A DNA stretch of 62,566 bases, the filler included. It is 6 parts of 6 records of this genome, joined end to end, with 100 filler letters (N's around TTAATTAATTAA, not from the genome) between each part and the next. Parts side by side here need not be neighbours in the genome. Positions count along the whole stretch, not along the records: positions 1 to 12,009 come from SRR20825019_432; 5 more parts are not named here. One strand, written 5' to 3'. Made by a program: the position numbers and the translations under genes. Positions 1 to 8,293 of this stretch are shown here, in pieces. Position 1 is the stretch's first letter; each line of letters opens with the position of its first letter. The notes beneath the pieces were generated by a model. That model ran no database searches. It had not been told where the DNA came from and saw only the letters and a list, made by a program, of their open reading frames with translations.

Positions 1-780
1 ATAGCCGTTGAAATTCTCTTCGCAGGTCAGATAGGTGCCCCAGAGCGTCTTGCCGGAGCCGCAATTGTTCATGGTTCCTTTCGGCGAGAGGCCTTCCGGA
101 TCGGCATTCGTTTTTACCAGATCGGAGCCCGCCGCCGGGCCATCCATGGTCATGGGTGTCTCATGCGTGATGCGTCGGTTATAGGGGCTGTCCAGCACCA
201 CGGCATAGCCATCGCCATTGTCGGCGATCTCCATCACGGTCACGCCCTGCAGGTTCTTGAGGAGTTTCACCTCGTCCGCATTGCGGGGCATGCCTTCTGC
301 TTCGGCCGGGAGGTTGATCTCCGGGTTCACATATTCGGAGTTGATGGCGAGGATCGTCTTGTCGCCGTCTATGAAAGTCTCCATGCCATCGGTGTTCTCG
401 CCGAACACCTTGTCCGAGAACTCGACAGGAACCCCCCTTTCAGGCGAGTAGGCGCCTTCCGCATCCTTGAAAAGCGGGTCGCCCCAGCGAACAAGTGTTT
501 TCCATCTATATCCTTTGGGGACGTGAATTTCGTGATCGGTCGCGATCCCGATGGGCTCAAACCTGAATGCCGCGCTTTCCGCCTTTGCAGTTGAGATGGA
601 AGAAAGAACGCCGGACCCCATAACTGCGGCAGCGGAACCGAATGCGAGAACACCACCCAGAAAGCCGCGACGCGAGATGGCGCGCTCCACCACGGCGTCA
701 AAACCATTGTCCTCAGGGCGCGGATCGCGCATTTCGTCGAATTCGTCCCATGACAGGCGAACGATATCCTGCTTGTTCAT
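1..780 (-). CDS. phoX: PhoX-family alkaline phosphatase, 5' part (runs off window start; absent from ORF track)
   Basis: Manual translation MNKQDIVRLSWDEFDE...AISRRGFLGG (Tat signal)...VRWGDPLF...FGENTDGM...NSEY...YNRRIT...GTMNNCGSGKTLWGTYLTCEENF; RBS GAGGA upstream. Confidence 0.93.
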   Translation of the reverse strand, partial: MNKQDIVRLSWDEFDEMRDPRPEDNGFDAVVERAISRRGFLGGVLAFGSAAAVMGSGVLSSISTAKAESAAFRFEPIGIATDHEIHVPKGYRWKTLVRWGDPLFKDAEGAYSPERGVPVEFSDKVFGENTDGMETFIDGDKTILAINSEYVNPEINLPAEAEGMPRNADEVKLLKNLQGVTVMEIADNGDGYAVVLDSPYNRRITHETPMTMDGPAAGSDLVKTNADPEGLSPKGTMNNCGSGKTLWGTYLTCEENFNGY

Positions 781-855
781 GACGGCAGTCCTCTGGCTGT
801 TTGGCTGGATTGAGCCGCCGATGGCGGCATCTGCCGTTACCCGTAGCGAATGCAT

Positions 856-873
856 GCGACAGGATTTTTACAG
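856..873 (-). promoter_or_regulatory. Pho box (PhoB site) upstream of phoX
   Basis: Minus strand CTGTAAA-AATC-CTGTCGC: two heptamers with 11-bp period resembling CTGTCAT-N4-CTGTCAT, 76 bp upstream of phoX. Confidence 0.7.
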
Positions 874-1299
874 GACTGTGTCCGGCGGGTCGAACTTAAG
901 GCCGAAAATGAAAAGGGCCGACCATCGCGTTGGCATCCCGCATGTTAGTGGAAGCCGTTATGGTGTGTTTCATTCAAGGCATACCGCGCCACTTCGAGTG
1001 GGTGCAGAGTATCGCCGGCCAGACCCATGTTCATCTTGATCGGCGATCAGCCTTATCGCGACTGCGCTCATAGCCGAGTTCGAGGCGATGGCCTCCTGCT
1101 TCATGGCCGAGTTTGGCGAAAATGTTGCGCACCGCCGGCCCGGTGCCAGAATTTTAGGCCCGTCACCGCGCTCGTAAATCTTGCCGGTTGCGCCGTTCGT
1201 ACCGTAAGAAAGACCGAGCCGGGACCCGATCATTTTGTCATGGAGCATTGGTCCGCGGTCGCCATGCGGGGCGTTCCAATACTCGGGGACATTCTAATA

Positions 1300-2628
1300 C
1301 TATTGTCCTCCGAGCGCAGCGTCGACGGCGTGGCCCAGTTTCTCGACGATCAGATCAATGGTTTCCCCGTCGACATTGTAAGGCGGTGCCAGGAGAATGT
1401 GATCGCCGGAGGCCCCGTCGATCGTGCCGCTCCCCGGGTAGATCAAAAGCCCCATATCCATCGCGCTTTTCTTGATCGCAGCGCTGATTTTCCGGCCAGG
1501 TGAAAAAGGCTCTTTGGTATCGCGATGCTCGACCAGTTCGATGGCCTGTAGCAGGCCGCGCCCGCGCACATCCCCGATATGCGGGTGATTGCCGAACCGG
1601 GCGAGCAGTCGCTCGCGCAACTGAGCGCCGCGCGCAACCACATTGTCGATGAGGGAGTCGTCACGAATGATCTGCTGAACGGCAAGCGCCGCAGCGCAGG
1701 CCAGTGGGTGGGCCGAATAGGTGTGCCCATGAACGAAACTGCCGCTGCCACCGGTGATGGTCTCGTAGACATCCTTTGAGCACATGACGGCGGCAATTGG
1801 CTGGTAGCCGCCGCCCAGCCCCTTGGCGAGTGTCAGAATGTCTGGCACCACATCGTCTTGTTCGCAGGCCAGAAAGCTGCCGGTTCTGCCCGAGCCGCAC
1901 ATCACTTCGTCGAGAATGAGGAGCACGCCGTAGCGATCACAGATTTCCCGGATTTTCTGAAAGTAGCCCTTTTCGGCGGCAACAGCGCCTGCGGTCGCTC
2001 CCACCACTGTTTCCGCCAGAAAGGCGATGACATTTTCAGGGCCGAGTTCCCTTATTTTGTCTTCGAGAAGGTTGGCAGCACGGTTTGCATAGTCATCCGC
2101 GCTCTCACCGGCGTGGGCATATCGGTAGGCGAAGCAGGGCTCGATCTTGGGTTCTTCGAGCAGGAACGGCGCGTAGGGTTTTCGCCGTGGCGGATTGCCC
2201 CCGACCGAGAGCGCGCCCAGCGTGTTGCCGTGGTAGCTCTGGTGCCTGGAGATCACCAGCCTGCGCGAGGGCTCACCGCGCTCGACATGATATTGACGCG
2301 CCATCTTGATCGCGGCTTCGATGGCTTCGGAGCCGCTGCCGACGAGATAGACCCTGTCGAGTGGAAGCGATGTCGCCGCGCACAGATGATCGGCGAGTGC
2401 CTCGGCCGCGTTCGAAGTGAAGAAGCTGGTATGCGCATAGCTGATCTGTGTCATCTGCTGCTGAATAGCCTCAAGAACACGCACATCGCCATGCCCGATG
2501 CACGATACGGCAGCGCCGCCGCAGGCATCGATATAGCGCTTGCCGGTCTCGTCGATAATGTAGGCGCCGTTTCCCCCGACAGCGACCGGAAGCGGGTTGC
2601 GGGGGGAGCGGTGAAAAACATGGGTCAT
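1300..2628 (-). CDS. Class-III PLP-dependent aminotransferase
   Basis: SYHGNT, LILDEVMCGSGRTG, PDILTLAKGLGGGY (PLP lysine), HGHTY motifs. Confidence 0.93.
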   Translation of the reverse strand: MTHVFHRSPRNPLPVAVGGNGAYIIDETGKRYIDACGGAAVSCIGHGDVRVLEAIQQQMTQISYAHTSFFTSNAAEALADHLCAATSLPLDRVYLVGSGSEAIEAAIKMARQYHVERGEPSRRLVISRHQSYHGNTLGALSVGGNPPRRKPYAPFLLEEPKIEPCFAYRYAHAGESADDYANRAANLLEDKIRELGPENVIAFLAETVVGATAGAVAAEKGYFQKIREICDRYGVLLILDEVMCGSGRTGSFLACEQDDVVPDILTLAKGLGGGYQPIAAVMCSKDVYETITGGSGSFVHGHTYSAHPLACAAALAVQQIIRDDSLIDNVVARGAQLRERLLARFGNHPHIGDVRGRGLLQAIELVEHRDTKEPFSPGRKISAAIKKSAMDMGLLIYPGSGTIDGASGDHILLAPPYNVDGETIDLIVEKLGHAVDAALGGQ

Positions 2629-2641
2629 TCGGAGGTCTCTG

Positions 2642-3526
2642 TTATCGTGCGCGCCGGTGCGCGTGGTAGGAGCCGGAGGCGTAAAGCTGTTCTTCGATGG
2701 TGCCGATCCGCTCCATGGCGGTGTCCTGAAGCTCTGTCAGCATGGCAGCGGCAAGCCCTTCGACAACGCCGACAGCCGAAATCACGGATGGAAAGAAGGA
2801 CGGGCTTTCGGCTGAGAAGAGCAGGCTGGTGGATGCATGGGGTTGCAATGGTGTGGCGCGGCTGTCGCTCAGTGAAACCAGTTTCGCGCCGGAATTGCAG
2901 ATGCCCTCAGCCACCATGTCGATCTCGCGTGCATAGGGCTGGAAATTGATGGACAGAACCGCATCGCGCTCCGTCAGCATGGCAAGATCGGCCACCAGCG
3001 AAGAACCCTCGCTGCCGAGAAGCTCCACATTGGGCCGCAGCATCTTGCACAGATAAGTGAAGGTGAGCCCCGGCCCACGGCAGCTCATGAAGGCGGCAAC
3101 GTAAAGCCGCTCGGCATGTGCAAGCGTTTTGGCGGCGGAAGCGATATCTGCGGACGAATTGCTCTCCAGCGCATAGGCAAGGCTTGCTTCCTGCGCCTTG
3201 AAGGTCTCGGCCAGAAGGCCGCTGCCCTTGTCCTGTTTGACGGCCGCCACAGCCTTGTCGGCATAGCGTGCGGGTCCGGTCCTGAAGCTGTCCGCATAAA
3301 CGGCACGCAATTGCGACCAGTCGGCAAAATCCAGCGTGCGCGCCAGGCGCACGAGGGTGGCCGGTGCAACGCCGGCGCGGTTGGCGATCTCGCGCATGGA
3401 GAGCAGCACGACGTCGTCCGGGTGATCGATCAGGTAGCGGGCTCCATCGGCAAGCCGGCGGGGCAGCGTTTCAATTTGCGAGATCATGCGCTGTGTCAGC
3501 GCTTCAAGGTCTGTCATCTCTGCCAT
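2642..3526 (-). CDS. MurR/RpiR-family transcriptional regulator (HTH + SIS)
   Basis: LSMREIANRAGVAPATLVRLARTLDF HTH followed by SIS-like domain. Confidence 0.9.
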   Translation of the reverse strand: MAEMTDLEALTQRMISQIETLPRRLADGARYLIDHPDDVVLLSMREIANRAGVAPATLVRLARTLDFADWSQLRAVYADSFRTGPARYADKAVAAVKQDKGSGLLAETFKAQEASLAYALESNSSADIASAAKTLAHAERLYVAAFMSCRGPGLTFTYLCKMLRPNVELLGSEGSSLVADLAMLTERDAVLSINFQPYAREIDMVAEGICNSGAKLVSLSDSRATPLQPHASTSLLFSAESPSFFPSVISAVGVVEGLAAAMLTELQDTAMERIGTIEEQLYASGSYHAHRRAR

Positions 3527-3530
3527 TCTT

Positions 3531-4835
3531 TTACCCGCTTATCAGGCTGGGCAACCACAGGACGGTTGCCGGAAATGCGATGAGTATGGCGACGGTCACC
3601 ACATCGGCAAGCAGGAACCATCCCACGCCGCGGAAGACATCGCTGATGGACACTTTATCGGCGACGACATTCTTGATGACGAAGACATTGAGACCGACCG
3701 GCGGTGTGATCAGCCCGATCTCCAGATATTTGGTGATCATGACGCCGGCATAGATCAGGCTGATGTCCGCGGTCTCGAAGATCGGCAGGAGAACCGGAAG
3801 GGTGAGCAGCATCACCCCGATGGGATCGAGGAACATGCCGAGCACCAGATAGATCAGCGACACCGCGATGATGATCAGAAGCGGCGACATGTCCTCTCCG
3901 ATAAGCCCCTGCACATAGTCGGGGAAGCCCGCAAAGGCGAAAAGCCGGGTCAGAAGCGCTGCGGCCACCGCTATGAGGAAGATTGCGGAGGTGGAGCGGA
4001 TCGTCTCGAACGCAGCCGCCTTCAGCGCTTCCCAGCTCAGTGTGCGCTTGGCAAAGCCGATGGCGATGGATGCGAGTGCTCCGATGGCGCCGGCTTCGGT
4101 TGCGGAGAAAAGCCCGGCAAAGATGCCGCCAAAAACAGTTATGACGAGCAGGAAGAGCGGCCATGTCTCGCCAAGCGCAAGAAACCGCTCGCGCCAGTCG
4201 ACGCTAATTTCGCGCGGGGCGAGCGCCGGGTTGTGCTTGACGCGAAGCAGGATCATCAGGCCGTACATGAGCGCGGTCAGAAGGCCCGGGATCACGGCGC
4301 CGATGAAGAGCTCGCTGACGGGGACCTCGGCAAAAACGGCATAGAGAAGCAGGATGGTGCTTGGGGGGATGAGCGATCCCATCGTGCCTGCGGCGGCAAT
4401 CGTGCCAACGGCAAGCTTGGCGTCGTACCCACGGTCGAGCATGGCCGGTACGGCGATCTTGCCCATGGCCGCTGCACAGGCGACGGATGAGCCGGTGACG
4501 GAAGAAAAGAGCGCGGCCCCACCCACCGAGGAGATGGCAAGCCCGCCGGGCAGAAAGTTGAGCCAGGCGCGGGCGACACGGAAAAGCCCGTCTGTCAGAC
4601 CGGCGGAAAAGCACACATAGCCCATGAACAGGAACATGGGGATGGCGCTTAGGCTCCAATGGGCGGCGAAGGCATGGGGAACCGAGCGCATGACGCCCCA
4701 TGTCGCGCGTTCTCCCACAAGGAGATACATGCCGACGATTGCGACGAGGCCCAGCGCTGCCGCAACGGGAACGCGCAGCGCAAGGAGGATCATGAGCGCC
4801 CCAAGCGCCCAGTAGACAAGGGTGATGCTTTCCAC
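3531..4835 (-). CDS. dctM: TRAP transporter large permease (DctM family); GTG start at 4835
   Basis: LSAIPMFLFMG, TGSSVA, GTMGSLIPPS, IGLITPPVGLN motifs. Confidence 0.93.
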   Translation of the reverse strand: MESITLVYWALGALMILLALRVPVAAALGLVAIVGMYLLVGERATWGVMRSVPHAFAAHWSLSAIPMFLFMGYVCFSAGLTDGLFRVARAWLNFLPGGLAISSVGGAALFSSVTGSSVACAAAMGKIAVPAMLDRGYDAKLAVGTIAAAGTMGSLIPPSTILLLYAVFAEVPVSELFIGAVIPGLLTALMYGLMILLRVKHNPALAPREISVDWRERFLALGETWPLFLLVITVFGGIFAGLFSATEAGAIGALASIAIGFAKRTLSWEALKAAAFETIRSTSAIFLIAVAAALLTRLFAFAGFPDYVQGLIGEDMSPLLIIIAVSLIYLVLGMFLDPIGVMLLTLPVLLPIFETADISLIYAGVMITKYLEIGLITPPVGLNVFVIKNVVADKVSISDVFRGVGWFLLADVVTVAILIAFPATVLWLPSLISG

Positions 4836-4845
4836 GGTAAGGCCC

Positions 4846-5361
4846 TTACTGGTCGCTGTATTGTGTCTGGGATGAAGCGGCGCGCGAAATCGCGCCAGCA
4901 GCTCGGACAAGGCAGAGAAGTGCCGTCAGGAAACCCGCCACCGGCAGGAAGAAGCGCGGCGGCCATGTGATGACGGGGATCATCCCGACAATGAACTCGC
5001 CCTGACGATAGGCGCGCAGCGCCTGTTCAAACCCCGCATAGGCGATCAGTGCCAGAAACGCGCCGAAGCAGATCAGCGCAAAGGCATCGAGCACCGCCTG
5101 TGCCCTTGGTCCCAGCCCCTGATAGAACAGATCGACAGCAATGTTCTCGTTGCGCCATTCGACATTGAGCAACGGAAGAAAGATGAGTGCCGGCATCCAC
5201 CAGTCCGACACGATCTCCAGTGTGGAGGGCATCGGCTTGCCAAAGAGGTAACGGCCGCCGACATCCAGGCAGATCTGGAACATCATGACGACGAGACACA
5301 GGCTGGCCAGAAACGCCAGCAGGCGGCCAACTCGGCCCAGAAAGAGATCGATTGTTTGCAT
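4846..5361 (-). CDS. dctQ: TRAP transporter small permease (DctQ family)
   Basis: About 4 TM segments, DVGGRYLFGKP and ENIAVDL motifs, located between dctP and dctM. Confidence 0.88.
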   Translation of the reverse strand: MQTIDLFLGRVGRLLAFLASLCLVVMMFQICLDVGGRYLFGKPMPSTLEIVSDWWMPALIFLPLLNVEWRNENIAVDLFYQGLGPRAQAVLDAFALICFGAFLALIAYAGFEQALRAYRQGEFIVGMIPVITWPPRFFLPVAGFLTALLCLVRAAGAISRAASSQTQYSDQ

Positions 5362-5388
5362 GGTGGATCCCGGCTGATCAAAAGCGTG

Positions 5389-5412
5389 GGCGGCACCCGC
5401 AAGGGTGCCGCC
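5389..5412 (-). terminator. GC-rich hairpin after dctP (mRNA-stabilising or attenuating stem-loop)
   Basis: GGCGGCACCC-GCAA-GGGTGCCGCC perfect 10-bp stem, no U-tract. Confidence 0.6.
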
Positions 5413-5421
5413 GTGACAGGC

Positions 5422-6537
5422 TCAAAGGCCGTATTCGGTCTCGGAAAGCTTGTCGAAGATCTCGGTCTTCATGCGCTCTGCGAGGGCCTCGTCGGAAAGG
5501 CCGGATGCGGTGATCTCTTCCCACTTGGCCAAAGCCGCCTGATAGCTCTCGATCAGCGATTGCGCGTCGTCGACGCCGTAGACCTCCTTCGCCTTCGTCA
5601 CAATCGCGGAAACGTCCTGGCTGTTGAAGCTGGCGATTTCGGCTTCAAGCGCCTCCGGCTTGTCCAGAACCTTCATGCCGTGATCGGCCGCTTCGGCTTT
5701 CGCCTCCTCGTTCTGCGCGACATAGGCCTTGGTCGTCGCAACGATGGCCTCTGCCATCTTGTCGAGCATGACGCGACGGTTCTCGGGGGTGAGCTCCGCC
5801 CAGCTGTCCTTGTTGAAGGCAAGCAGGGGGCCGGAATTGTAGACGCCGAAACTGCCGAGCGTGATCGTGTCGGCAACATCCCAGAGCGAATGCGTTTTCA
5901 GCGAAGCGGCGGGCTGCATGGCAACGTCGATGACACCCTTGTCGAGCGCTTCATACATTTCCGAGCTGGAGGTGTGGACGACCGTCGCGCCAGCCTCACC
6001 GATCCAGCGATCCCACGCGCCGCCGGGCGAACGAACACGCTTGCCGGCGATGTCCGCCGTCTTGCCGATCTCGCTCTTGCTGATCAGCGCATAGGGCGCG
6101 GTGGCATAGCTGCCGGTATAGACCACGTTCTGCCTGGAAAATTCTGCAATGCAGGGCGCGCAGTTCAAGAGGGTGAATTCGGTGACGGCCGCCGCGACGG
6201 CAAGGGAGTTGCCGCTCAGCATGGCAAGCTCTGCCACAAGCTGGCTGGTGGGAAGCTGTGCCGGGTTGTAGGTGAGCGCGAGCACGGAAGCATCAGCCAC
6301 GCCATCGCCCAGTCCCGTCAGGGTTTCCTTGCCACCCAGAAGCGCGCCGCCCGAAACGAGCTTGAAGGTCACATCTCCCTTGGAGGCTTCGGCCACCGCC
6401 GGGAAATATGTTTCATAGCCAGCGAAGATTGTCGGATGCGACGGGGCGACCCAGGAACTGACTGTGAGTTCGATCGCAGCGGCGCTGGCCGTGCTGGCGG
6501 CCAGAGCGAAAATGGCGGCGGTGATGGTTTTCTTCAT
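5422..6537 (-). CDS. dctP: TRAP transporter substrate-binding protein (DctP family)
   Basis: Signal peptide; DIAGKRVRSPG and SEMYEALDKGVID motifs. Confidence 0.9.
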   Translation of the reverse strand: MKKTITAAIFALAASTASAAAIELTVSSWVAPSHPTIFAGYETYFPAVAEASKGDVTFKLVSGGALLGGKETLTGLGDGVADASVLALTYNPAQLPTSQLVAELAMLSGNSLAVAAAVTEFTLLNCAPCIAEFSRQNVVYTGSYATAPYALISKSEIGKTADIAGKRVRSPGGAWDRWIGEAGATVVHTSSSEMYEALDKGVIDVAMQPAASLKTHSLWDVADTITLGSFGVYNSGPLLAFNKDSWAELTPENRRVMLDKMAEAIVATTKAYVAQNEEAKAEAADHGMKVLDKPEALEAEIASFNSQDVSAIVTKAKEVYGVDDAQSLIESYQAALAKWEEITASGLSDEALAERMKTEIFDKLSETEYGL

Positions 6538-8021
6538 GTTACCCTCTGTTCTTTCAGGTTGAAGCGCTCCCGAGGCACATTTCGGAAGGGCAGTTTTGAA
6601 ACGTCAGCCATGGCTGGCCCCAGCGTTTCGCAGGACTGGATGACGTCGAACCGGTTGCCGAATGCAGCCCGGAAATGGTTTTTCGCCTTGGCGAGCAGGA
6701 CGGGCACGTCGTCGATCTCGATCCCGTGAAGACGGAAATAGGCGCTGTCATTGGGAGACTGGCAGCCCGTGGTCACGATGACCCGAAGGTTTCCGACGTG
6801 CAGCAGAGCTGTCGGGCCGAGATCCACCTTCATGCCCCGCTCCATGGCGTCCTCGTTCTGGAAACGCCCATCGGTGATCCGCAGGACTTCGGCCCGGCAG
6901 GCGACGGGCTTTCCGAAGCGGACGTCGAGCCTTGCGCCGAGGCTGATGTCGAGCTCTGCACCAATGCCCGCCCGATGGGCTTCCGCCACGATCTCCGGTG
7001 CGGAGAAGAACGCAAACACGCTGCCATCTGGCAATTCCGCATTCATGGCAGCACGGAAGAGGCCTGGTGTGTCGCCAATTCCTCCGGAAAGGGGATTGTC
7101 GGCTGGCTCAAGGATCGCAACGCGACTTCCATCAGCCCATGGGCGGCCCGCGAGCACCGCTTCAGCCGAGGGAAGATCAGGCTGAAAGCGAACCTGCGTG
7201 CCTCGCATATAGCCGGCAACATGATCCGCCAGAGCCTGCCCCTGATATCTGTCCTCGCATGTCACGAGAACGCCGGAGTTGGCCTGCGGAACGTCCGCAT
7301 AGGCGAAGCTTGCAAAGGGATAGGCAACCGGAAAGAGAGACTTGCCGCCGATCTTGAGGCCCGCCGCCCGTGCTTCTTTTTCGATATCCAGCATGGGGCC
7401 GGGCCCATCGGTGCGCATGTTGAAGCTCGGCAGGATCCTGTCGATCGTTTTCAAAAGCACACGGCTCTGCACCCCGTTCCTGATGATGTGCGCCAGCATG
7501 TCCAGCGCGTCGCGCGCGGCCTCAGCCATGTCTATGTGAGGATAGGTCCGGTAAACGGTAGCGGCATTGAGCATGCCGGCAAGCTCCGGCGCGATGCAGG
7601 CATGCATGTCGAAGGACGCGGCAATGGGCAATTTCGGAAAGCGGCGACGCAGTGCCGCGACCAGTGTCGTTTCCGGATCCGGGTCGACGGTGCCGATGCA
7701 GGCTCCATGGAGAGACAGATACAGACCGTCGATACCCGTCAAAGCCGGGTCTTCCGCAATCTCTGCCGTTAGCCGGTCAAGAAGCGTCTGTTCAACCGGT
7801 CCGGCCGGAGCGGCCGAAGCGCAGCGCGAGAAGACCAGTTCAACGTCCGGGTGCATGGCAGCCCAGGAAAGCGCTCCGCCAGGCTCGGTGGATGTGTTTC
7901 GGTAAAGCACGGCAGCTTCGTCGCCACGGCACCATTCACGCGCCTCGAAATGTTCGAGTTTTGTCTGGCAAACCGAGAATGAGTTCGCTTCGTGCCAAAG
8001 GCGAGCGATGCCGATACGCAT
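6534..8021 (-). CDS. MlrC / peptidase M81-family metallohydrolase
   Basis: LWHEANSFS, LSLHGA, SFDMHA, YRTYPHID, DNPLSGGIGD, KAKNHFRA motifs. Confidence 0.92.
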   Translation of the reverse strand: MRIGIARLWHEANSFSVCQTKLEHFEAREWCRGDEAAVLYRNTSTEPGGALSWAAMHPDVELVFSRCASAAPAGPVEQTLLDRLTAEIAEDPALTGIDGLYLSLHGACIGTVDPDPETTLVAALRRRFPKLPIAASFDMHACIAPELAGMLNAATVYRTYPHIDMAEAARDALDMLAHIIRNGVQSRVLLKTIDRILPSFNMRTDGPGPMLDIEKEARAAGLKIGGKSLFPVAYPFASFAYADVPQANSGVLVTCEDRYQGQALADHVAGYMRGTQVRFQPDLPSAEAVLAGRPWADGSRVAILEPADNPLSGGIGDTPGLFRAAMNAELPDGSVFAFFSAPEIVAEAHRAGIGAELDISLGARLDVRFGKPVACRAEVLRITDGRFQNEDAMERGMKVDLGPTALLHVGNLRVIVTTGCQSPNDSAYFRLHGIEIDDVPVLLAKAKNHFRAAFGNRFDVIQSCETLGPAMADVSKLPFRNVPRERFNLKEQRVT

Positions 8022-8039
8022 ACTTCATCCGACTAAAAT

Positions 8040-8086
8040 AAAACAAATGTTCCGATACTTAAAAAATAATTGTTTTGTTTTGTCAA
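8040..8086 (-). promoter_or_regulatory. Promoter of the mlrC-TRAP operon with two imperfect palindromes (candidate RpiR operators)
   Basis: TTGACA -35 at 8081-8086 (minus); AAAACAAATGTTCC (8040-8053) and AAAATAATTGTTTT (8063-8076). Confidence 0.45.
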
Positions 8087-8293
8087 CAGCATTCGGGCTT
8101 TCGGTCGACCTGTAGAGGCTATGTGGCCGGCAGCCTTGGTCAATCGGCGGAAGGGGGCATGAAAAGAACGCGCACTGGTTTCGACGCCGGCTTTGTGTGA
8201 TCATCTCTGAAGGGGAGAATGGGAGAGCAAAAACAAGATGCGGAAAGCGCAGACCCTGCCTTGCAGGCAGTGTAACGGGCGGAGTGCGGTTTA

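Noticed and set aside
163-1503. Plus-strand ORFs 163-594, 551-1039, 1027-1503 and minus ORF 970-1248
   Set aside because: Antisense shadows of phoX or the aminotransferase, or no recognisable motif or RBS
1858-7772. Long plus-strand ORFs (363, 334, 457 and 365 aa)
   Set aside because: Antisense to well-supported genes; expected in high-GC coding DNA
6534-8021. Microcystin degradation cluster
   Set aside because: Only an MlrC-family gene is present; mlrA, mlrB and mlrD are absent and the family is widespread
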